Part shown: piece by piece, positions 1-6,201 of the stretch | Position numbering within the stretch: the first letter of the stretch is position 1 | Layout: each line of letters begins with the position of its first letter | Program-made: the position numbers and the translations under genes | Assembly: GCA_036170655.1 (NCBI GenBank) | Contig: JAVHPP010000105.1 | Span: 1-38,776, forward strand | Reading direction: 5' to 3' | From: Candidatus Zixiibacteriota bacterium | GTDB lineage: Bacteria > Zixibacteria > MSB-5A5 > WJJR01 | Length of the DNA stretch: 38,776 bases | Notes under the pieces: generated by a model | Told to the model about the DNA's origin: nothing | What the model saw: the letters and a program-made list of their open reading frames with translations, nothing else | The model's database searches: none

Positions 1-905
1 ATCCAGCCCTTCAATTCATCTGAGATAACCACCTCAAGCGTGAGTGTCAGGGAGCCATCCCGATGCCGCTTCAGTTTCTGCGTTGGATGCCAGACCCGCT
101 CCGCGACCAACTCCGCGATCTCCGGGGTGAATCGCAGAGTGACCTTCTGGGGCTTCAGCGTGGGATGACCGAATATCCCGAATCGGTTCTTCTTGAAAGT
201 TTCCAGACTGAATGACCGATCGCGGACGAACTTGGTCTGAGTCGGACGCACCGTGATGATTCTCTGCACCGCCAGAAGGATGTAACTATCATAGGTGGTC
301 ACTTTTGCCACGACGTAGAGCGCACCCTTGTGGAATACAATCATGTAGGGATCCGCCTCGAATACAGACACCGGGTCATTCCCGGGACGCCTGTAATGGA
401 ACTCGCAACGACGACATTGCGAGGCGGCGTTCAGCACGCACTCCAGTGTCTCCGAATGGGGGCCGTAGTCGATGTAGCCGGTGTACGTGACACCGAAAAG
501 ACCCCGCGACGGCTCCGGTCCCTCGAGAGATGCGAATATCTCCGGAGAAATGAGCTGCCTTGTCTTCTTCAACAGCGACTGGATGCTCCGTTCCAGTTGC
601 GTGCCCTTGGTGATGACCGACAGGCGCTCCAAGAAATACGAAGCTAGCAGCTCCTGATTCCCGATTGTCTCGGGGATGAATCGCAGGAGAGATCGATCCA
701 GGTACCATACCAGTTCCTTCCCCCGACCCTTCCGCGTGGACAGCGGGATATTCGCCGATGACAGCGCTATCAGATCTCGCTGCAGTGTCCGCTTGGGCAC
801 TTGCTCCTCGAAGTATTTGAAGAGCTCATCAACGGTTATCTCTCCGCGCAGGGAGAGCCGCTGAAGGATTCTCACCACTCGTTCGACTTGGCTCAGCTCT
901 GACAT
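1..905 (-). CDS. WYL-domain transcriptional regulator (HTH-WYL-WCX; PafB/C, DriD, YafY-like), 3' end beyond window edge
   Basis: Manually translated from ATG at 905 with no stop to position 1. N-terminal wHTH: MSELSQVERVVRILQRLSLRGEITVDELFKYFEEQVPKRTLQRDL. WYL core: CEFHYRRP...DPYMIVFHKGALYVVA...LLAVQRI. WCX-like tail: VTLRFTPEIAELVAERVWHPTQKL...ELKGW. Absent from the ORF track because it runs off the edge. Confidence 0.9.
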   Translation of the reverse strand, partial: MSELSQVERVVRILQRLSLRGEITVDELFKYFEEQVPKRTLQRDLIALSSANIPLSTRKGRGKELVWYLDRSLLRFIPETIGNQELLASYFLERLSVITKGTQLERSIQSLLKKTRQLISPEIFASLEGPEPSRGLFGVTYTGYIDYGPHSETLECVLNAASQCRRCEFHYRRPGNDPVSVFEADPYMIVFHKGALYVVAKVTTYDSYILLAVQRIITVRPTQTKFVRDRSFSLETFKKNRFGIFGHPTLKPQKVTLRFTPEIAELVAERVWHPTQKLKRHRDGSLTLTLEVVISDELKGW

Positions 906-918
906 GGTGAAATGAAAT

Positions 919-2763
919 CTACGTTCCATGCCCCGTGAAACCAATCGCTTTCATCGTGCCAGTCTCGAATGCGCCAGTTCGTTCGAGCTCAGCGTACTTG
1001 ACCAGATCATCTTGCCTCACGATTTGTTGCTTGCCCCGGCGAGCTACCGCAGCGGTGGCCGCGTTTCTGATAACGACAGAGATCTGGCCTCCGGTGAAAG
1101 AGTAATTCCTCGCCAGGGTCTCGGTATTGACCTCGGCGGCGAGTGGGAGTTTCTTCGGAATGAGAACATCCCATAGTCGCCTGCGCTCGGCTGCTCCGGG
1201 TCGTGGAAGCTCGATCTTCAGATCGAATCTGCGCGAAAACGCGCTGTCGAAGTTCGTGAGCAGGTTCGTTGTCGCGATCAGAATCCCCGAAAAATCCTCG
1301 AGCCGTTCGAGCAAGATGTTCTGCATCGAGTTGTACATTCGATCCACCGAATGCGTGACCGCTATGCGAGAGGACATGAACTGATCGGCCTCGTTCAGAA
1401 GCAAAACGGGAGATTGGCGTAGCCTCGCTGCCACGAGGTTGTACTGACCGAACAGAAGCGCGAGTCGTTTCTCGGATTCTCCCACCCATTTGTCCAGAAT
1501 CTTCGACATGTCGGTACTCAAAAGCGGCCGCTTCAGGGAATGCGCAATTGCGTGAGCAAGCGCCGTCTTGCCCGTCCCTGGATGGCCGTGAAGCAGGATC
1601 AACAACCGTTCGTTATTGGAATGATGTCTCGACTTGGGATGATCCGCTTCTGAAACCAACCCCCAGTCGGCCATCTTCTTGTGGTTGAGGGCCGTGATGC
1701 CGGATAGCGCCTTCCGCACCAAACCCATGGTTTCAGGGGGCAAGACCATATCCGACATGCCAACCTTTGGTTTCACAACAGAGATGATGTTCTGGTCGCC
1801 GATGAGAGCGCTCAGGGTTGTCGTGACTGACGGTTGGCGTCTGCCGAGAATACATGATGCGACCTCGGGGGCGATCATGTACTCACAGGAGCGCAATCGC
1901 CCGTTCGCTAGACCCACCGGGTGTATGACGCCTTGACGCAGCAATTTGCCGTTCTCACCCAGCGGCGATGCCGGACCGAGTGAACCCCATCGCGAGGTTC
2001 CGAGAATAGCCCGGAGTTCCTCGCCATCCGCCGGACGCCCATTGAGAGATTCGAGGAGCGTGAACATGACGATTGTCTGTTCGTCGCGGGAGAGCGCCAG
2101 TTTCTTCGATAAGCGCTGAAATGGAAACTGTTTTCGGGTGGCGCGAGATTGTGCTTCCAGTTCGACACGCGCCGATTCGATCTCGCGTTCCAAATCTGAT
2201 CTGTGGCTGCGGAAGCGCGTACTTGTGGATTCCTGAAGCGCCTCAACAAACTGGAACCAATGTTCAAGGAACTCGGCGTTGTTCCGGAAGGGACGAGACG
2301 CACTGCCGGTCTTCGTGTTCGATCCGTTCAGGAGAGACGACACCACGTCATCGGCCAGCTTGATCTCAGTACCGATAAGGTGTGATGGGCTGATTCGCTC
2401 TCCGGAGAAAACGACATGTCCCCGTTGCCTCCAGCCACGACTTTCCTCGAGATCGACCATGCCCCTCTCAATCAGATCGCAAAGATAGCGGAGGCGGGGC
2501 AAGGAACTTCCGAGATCGCCATAAAGCTCGCGCAGAAAACCGACTGGCTCGATGCCCCGCGAAGAAGTCAGAACCTTGCGAAACAGGCAGGCCACGATCC
2601 GCGCATGCTCGGCCGTCATTGGAGCCGGGTGCATCCAAACTCGTTTCAGAGTCGCGGCGAGACCTTCCAATTCCTTCAGAACGGTGTCCTTCGCGGCCAC
2701 GTGATCCTCCAGAATCTCCGAGACCCTGAGCAGTTCATTTCTCAGACATGAGTAATCGCGCAT
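919..2763 (-). CDS. AAA+ ATPase with long N-terminal (winged-helix-like) region
   Basis: Walker A GHPGTGKT, KWVGESEK, variant Walker B LLLNEAD, SRH TTNL..FDSAFSRRF. Start placed at ATG 2763 (MRDYSC) behind RBS AAAGGGGG. Stop lies 13 nt before the WYL start. Confidence 0.9.
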   Translation of the reverse strand: MRDYSCLRNELLRVSEILEDHVAAKDTVLKELEGLAATLKRVWMHPAPMTAEHARIVACLFRKVLTSSRGIEPVGFLRELYGDLGSSLPRLRYLCDLIERGMVDLEESRGWRQRGHVVFSGERISPSHLIGTEIKLADDVVSSLLNGSNTKTGSASRPFRNNAEFLEHWFQFVEALQESTSTRFRSHRSDLEREIESARVELEAQSRATRKQFPFQRLSKKLALSRDEQTIVMFTLLESLNGRPADGEELRAILGTSRWGSLGPASPLGENGKLLRQGVIHPVGLANGRLRSCEYMIAPEVASCILGRRQPSVTTTLSALIGDQNIISVVKPKVGMSDMVLPPETMGLVRKALSGITALNHKKMADWGLVSEADHPKSRHHSNNERLLILLHGHPGTGKTALAHAIAHSLKRPLLSTDMSKILDKWVGESEKRLALLFGQYNLVAARLRQSPVLLLNEADQFMSSRIAVTHSVDRMYNSMQNILLERLEDFSGILIATTNLLTNFDSAFSRRFDLKIELPRPGAAERRRLWDVLIPKKLPLAAEVNTETLARNYSFTGGQISVVIRNAATAAVARRGKQQIVRQDDLVKYAELERTGAFETGTMKAIGFTGHGT

Positions 2764-2839
2764 CGTGCTGCCCCCTTTCTTCCGGTCGCCATGATACAAC
2801 TCATGTGCGTCACTTCATGTCGCATGCGGAAAAAATTCA
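2714..2839. repeat. Copy 1 of ~125-bp direct duplication (promoter, operator, RBS and first 17 codons of the AAA gene)
   Basis: Manual alignment to 3057-3180 gives about 108/126 identical positions. Confidence 0.95.
2791..2825 (-). promoter_or_regulatory. Putative WYL operator ATGCGAC-N7-GACGCAC (2805-2825) with -10 TATCAT (2791-2796) for the AAA-WYL operon
   Basis: Imperfect 7-7-7 palindrome GTGCGTC ACTTCAT GTCGCAT, conserved in the second copy, placed over the -35 region. Resembles the DriD consensus as I recall it (ATACGAC-N7-GTCGTAT). Confidence 0.7.
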
Positions 2840-2888
2840 CGCGGGCCGGGCACAAAGCGGATTCCATCTGTTGCCGCGGACTCAACGG

Positions 2889-3050
2889 CTAAACCAGTCC
2901 AAGCATTCTGACAAGCGCCATCAAGATCAGAATGAAGAAGCACAGAACCGCCAGCCCCAGTAGAGGTTTGAGGATGAATGCGAGCGCCTTCATGATCATC
3001 ATGACCACGAAGACCACTACTGCAATCAAGACCAGTTCCAACATGAGCAT
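2889..3050 (-). CDS. 53-aa small hydrophobic membrane protein (2 predicted TM helices)
   Basis: MLMLELVLIAVVVFVVMMIMKALAFILKPLLGLAVLCFFILILMALVRMLGLV*. Preceded by GAGATCAGGAA. Below the ORF-track length cutoff. Confidence 0.7.
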   Translation of the reverse strand: MLMLELVLIAVVVFVVMMIMKALAFILKPLLGLAVLCFFILILMALVRMLGLV

Positions 3051-3106
3051 TTCCTGATCTCTGAGACCCTGAACGGTTCATTTCTTTGACATGAGTAATC
3101 GCGCAT
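3026..3106 (-). pseudogene. Truncated duplicate of the AAA ATPase 5' end (26-aa ORF)
   Basis: MRDYSCQRNEPFRVSEIRKCSCWNWS* versus ATPase start MRDYSCLRNELLRVSEILED. RBS is retained and the ORF overlaps the start of the membrane peptide. Confidence 0.7.
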
Positions 3107-3180
3107 CGTGCTGCCCCTTTCTTCGGGCCCCCATGATGCAACCGGTGTGCGTCAGGTCATGTCGTATGCGAAAAGATTCA
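3057..3180. repeat. Copy 2 of ~125-bp direct duplication
   Basis: About 86% identical to 2714-2839 by manual alignment. Confidence 0.95.
3147..3167 (-). promoter_or_regulatory. Putative WYL operator copy 2 (ATACGAC-ATGACCT-GACGCAC on minus strand)
   Basis: Plus strand GTGCGTC AGGTCAT GTCGTAT. One half-site matches the recalled DriD half-site exactly. Confidence 0.7.
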
Positions 3181-3440
3181 TAACCCGCCCCAAACGCCGC
3201 CGGGCGCCTTGGACATCTCTGAGGTGACCGTGGGCGGGGATGAAGTCCGGGTCGTTGGCAGCCAACGATCCATCACACCGTAGGGTTCTCGTTTCAGCTG
3301 AGTCTAGATCAGGGAAACAACAAGTCCCTGTCCTGCATCGAGAAAGTAGGGCTCGAATCCTCCCACCTTCAAGTCAGACGCTCAAGGATGACTTCCCCGA
3401 CCGCTGTCTTTTGTGAGGCGGGTGGCCAGCACGCGCGCCC

Positions 3441-3566
3441 GGCTTGAAAAACCGGGCAGACAGGAGTGTCTGCCCCGCCAGACGCGTCGGAAATCCATGT
3501 ATCTCAGTGGCGCGGACACTCATGGCCGCGCAACCGGAATCGGATCCGGGGTTTTTCAACAGACTC
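3441..3566. mobile_element. Degenerate MITE-like element containing REP-like palindromes
   Basis: Right end CCGGGGTTTTTCAACAGACTC (3546-3566) matches the TIR family at 38544, 38706 and 38731. Possible decayed left end GGCTTGAAAAACC. Internal GGGCAGAC-AGGAGT-GTCTGCCC (3454-3475) and a related inverted unit at 3507-3531. Confidence 0.55.
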
Positions 3567-3581
3567 AGGGGGAGATACTGA

Positions 3582-4859
3582 CTACAGGTCAGACCCTATC
3601 AGCCGTCTCCGCAGCAGATTCAGTCCCGCCTGTGCGGCGCGGGCGCGGATCATCTCGCGGTCGCCTGTGAGACGGACTTCCCGGGTCGTGGTCTCATGAT
3701 TGCGGATGGCTGCGCTCAGCCAGACGAGGCCAACCGGTTTGCCGATCGTGCCGCCGTCTGGGCCGGCGATGCCGGTGATGGAGATCGCGCAGTCGCTGCC
3801 GGATCGTGCTACGGCTCCGTCGGCCATGGCGCGCACAACCGGCTCGGAAACGGCGCCGTGATGTTCGATCAGGCCGGGATCGACACCGAGAAGTTCGGCC
3901 TTCGTGCGGTTGGCATAAACGACAAATCCCGACAGCATGTATTCTGATGATCCCGGCACATCGGTGAGCCGTTTCGCCAGCAACCCGCCGGTGCACGACT
4001 CTGCTGTGCTGATGGTCATCCGGCGCTCCCGCAGCATCTGTCCCACGACCACTTCCAGCCCGATGTTTTCTTCGGCGTACAGCGAATCTTCGAGGCGTGG
4101 CCTCACTAATTCGAGGAAACGGTCGAGGGCGGCCGGTGATTTCAGGGTGACGCCGGCCGCGACCGCCTCACGCGCGGCAGCCGGTTCCCGCTGCGCCGAA
4201 AAACGCAGCTTGACCCCCAATTCCGACGGCAGAAACGCCACCGTAATCTCGGGATGATCGTGAATCAAGGGCTCAAGCAGACCGTAGAGGCGCGATTCCG
4301 GCCAGCCGGTCGTGCACCATGTGCAGGTGACGACGCTCGTGCCGGCCTGTGCCGCAATCTTGGGAACAATGGTATCCGTGATCATCGGCCGCATCTCGCG
4401 CGGGACTCCCGGCACGGCCGCCAGTGACCTGCCTGCCTCGGTCAGGATGATGCCGACCGCGGTCCCCAATTCGTTGGGAATCAACTCTGCGTCAGCGGGT
4501 TGGACTGCCTGTGTGTCGAGGAAGGGTGTCGGCTCGCGCCCTGCGCGGGTAAAACGTTCCTTTAATGTAGCGAGAATCTCATCATGGAAGATCAGGGTGC
4601 GGTTGAACACGCGCGCGAGGGCCTTCTTCGTGACATCATCGTTGGTCGGCCCCAGCCCACCGGACACGATCACCCAACTGGCGCGTGCCAGCGACTCGCG
4701 AATCGCCGCCACGATTGTATCGTGGTCATCGGGAATACTGATCTGGCGCGACACGATCACGCCGGCCACCGCCAGTTGTTCGCCGATATATTGCGCGTTT
4801 GTGTTGAGCGTGTGGCCGGAGAGCAGCTCGGCGCCGATGGTGATGAGTTCGACGTTCAT
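3582..4859 (-). CDS. cinA: Competence/damage-inducible protein A (MoCF-binding + NMN deamidase PncC domain)
   Basis: ELITIGAELLSG..NTNA, SGGLGPTNDDVT, PGVPREM, TAESCTGG, HGAVSE, SITGIAGPDGG. Start ATG 4859 overlaps the pgpA stop (ATGA). Confidence 0.95.
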   Translation of the reverse strand: MNVELITIGAELLSGHTLNTNAQYIGEQLAVAGVIVSRQISIPDDHDTIVAAIRESLARASWVIVSGGLGPTNDDVTKKALARVFNRTLIFHDEILATLKERFTRAGREPTPFLDTQAVQPADAELIPNELGTAVGIILTEAGRSLAAVPGVPREMRPMITDTIVPKIAAQAGTSVVTCTWCTTGWPESRLYGLLEPLIHDHPEITVAFLPSELGVKLRFSAQREPAAAREAVAAGVTLKSPAALDRFLELVRPRLEDSLYAEENIGLEVVVGQMLRERRMTISTAESCTGGLLAKRLTDVPGSSEYMLSGFVVYANRTKAELLGVDPGLIEHHGAVSEPVVRAMADGAVARSGSDCAISITGIAGPDGGTIGKPVGLVWLSAAIRNHETTTREVRLTGDREMIRARAAQAGLNLLRRRLIGSDL

Positions 4860-5392
4860 GGGCGAAACCACGCCGGCCAGATCAAAACCAGGACATGCAC
4901 CGCCAGATTGGTGTACACCGCCGCCGCCACATCGTCGATCGTGATTCCCCAGCCGCCCGGCAACTTTTCCAGACGGCGGCACGGCCACGGCTTGGCAACA
5001 TCGAAGAATCGGAAGAGGACATAGACCGGGATCATCGTGTGCCAATGCGCAGGCAGTCCGAGAAAGCACACAAAGACCCCGGCAAATTCATCGATGACGA
5101 TCCGTCCCGAGTCATGGCCGAACAGACGCTCGGCCTGCCCGGAAACCCAGACGGACGCCGCGATCATCGCGAGCGCGCTCACGCCAAACTGCCACAGGCT
5201 CAGTGTCCGCAAGAGCGCCCACGCCAGCGCCACCGCCGGGATCGATCCCCAGCTCCCTGAGTAGGGACGAATGAAACCGCTTCCCAACCCGGTGGCCAGA
5301 AGCGCGATCACCGGACGGGTGGACCAATGGACAGTCTCCATGGTCACGCCCTTGTAGGTCGTCAGCGTCGTGGGGCCGGCAGTCTTCGTCAT
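4856..5392 (-). CDS. pgpA: Phosphatidylglycerophosphatase A
   Basis: ATGLGSG, HDSGRIVIDEFAG, LFRFFDVAKPWP, GGWGITIDDVAA. Confidence 0.93.
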   Translation of the reverse strand: MTKTAGPTTLTTYKGVTMETVHWSTRPVIALLATGLGSGFIRPYSGSWGSIPAVALAWALLRTLSLWQFGVSALAMIAASVWVSGQAERLFGHDSGRIVIDEFAGVFVCFLGLPAHWHTMIPVYVLFRFFDVAKPWPCRRLEKLPGGWGITIDDVAAAVYTNLAVHVLVLIWPAWFRP

Positions 5393-5976
5393 CGCATCAC
5401 ATTCTTCAAGAGAGCGGCATGGCGGACAAGATAGTCGATGCCCGTGGCCACCGTGATCACCATCGTTACCATCATCATAATATCAAACACAAAAATCGTG
5501 GAGTGGCTCTCAAAGATGGCCCATTCATATCCCAGCGGAACCAGTGTCGCCTTCAGGTAGACAAACAGCAGGATCACCCCGATCGTGAGCATCTGCAGGA
5601 CCGTCTTGATCTTGGCCCAGAAGGAGGGCACAATCAGCATCCCACGATAGGCAGCCATCGCGCGGACCCCCGTGATCAGGAACTCGCGGCCGACAATAAC
5701 GGTTACCATCCACCCCCGGACATATCCCAGCGCCACAAGAGAGATCATCGCGGTGGACGTGAGGATCTTGTCGGCGAGCGGATCCATGAACTTGCCGAAC
5801 CCGGTGATCAATCCCGTACGACGGGCGAAGTACCCGTCCCCCAGATCGGTCAGCGCGGCGATCACAAAGACAATCAGCGACGCTAGCTTGGCGCGGGTGT
5901 CATCGATCAGAATCAACGCCATGAAGACAGGCGACAGTGCGATCCGGGCGATGGTCAGCTTGTTGGGGAGATTCAT
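5389..5976 (-). CDS. pgsA: CDP-diacylglycerol--glycerol-3-phosphate 3-phosphatidyltransferase
   Basis: MNLPNKLTIARI and CDP-alcohol motif DLGDGYFARR...FGKFMDPLADK. Confidence 0.95.
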   Translation of the reverse strand: MNLPNKLTIARIALSPVFMALILIDDTRAKLASLIVFVIAALTDLGDGYFARRTGLITGFGKFMDPLADKILTSTAMISLVALGYVRGWMVTVIVGREFLITGVRAMAAYRGMLIVPSFWAKIKTVLQMLTIGVILLFVYLKATLVPLGYEWAIFESHSTIFVFDIMMMVTMVITVATGIDYLVRHAALLKNVMR

Positions 5977-6030
5977 GGCCGTTCCAGCCGTGGTCGCACT
6001 TCGGACCGTAGCGAAGGGATTTCCAGCGCC

Positions 6031-6060
6031 ATGTTACCACGACAGTTCCCTGTGTGTCAA
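6031..6060 (-). promoter_or_regulatory. sigma70-type promoter for pgsA-pgpA-cinA
   Basis: Minus strand TTGACA-N18-TAACAT with extended TG. Confidence 0.6.
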
Positions 6061-6164
6061 TGGGGCGATTGGACCGGCGTGATACCCTGACGCGCCAGGA
6101 GGGAATCGCGCCCACCGCCGACGATCAATTCACGTCTGCCGTGGCGGCAGCGTCACCAGATTCC

Positions 6165-6193
6165 TTGACAGCGGGGGTCTCGTGGCTCACACT
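6165..6193 (+). promoter_or_regulatory. sigma70-type promoter of the NtrC-like gene (near-leaderless)
   Basis: TTGACA-N17-CACACT ending 8 nt before ATG 6202, with no SD sequence. Confidence 0.55.
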
Positions 6194-6201
6194 GATACAC
6201 G

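Noticed and set aside
305..864. Short ORFs listed over the first 900 nt
   Set aside because: Shadows of the continuous minus-strand WYL frame.
2815..3141. 108-aa minus-strand ORF in the track
   Set aside because: Runs across promoter elements in another frame. The 53-aa hydrophobic ORF is the better-supported reading.
2714..3180. Direct repeats as a CRISPR array
   Set aside because: Only two ~125-bp copies, which include coding sequence. No repeat-spacer periodicity and no cas genes.
3346..3372. GTAGGGCTCGAATCCTCCCACC resembling a tRNA T-arm or att remnant
   Set aside because: The T-loop is not TTCGA, the stem pairs poorly, and there is no cloverleaf or integrase in view.
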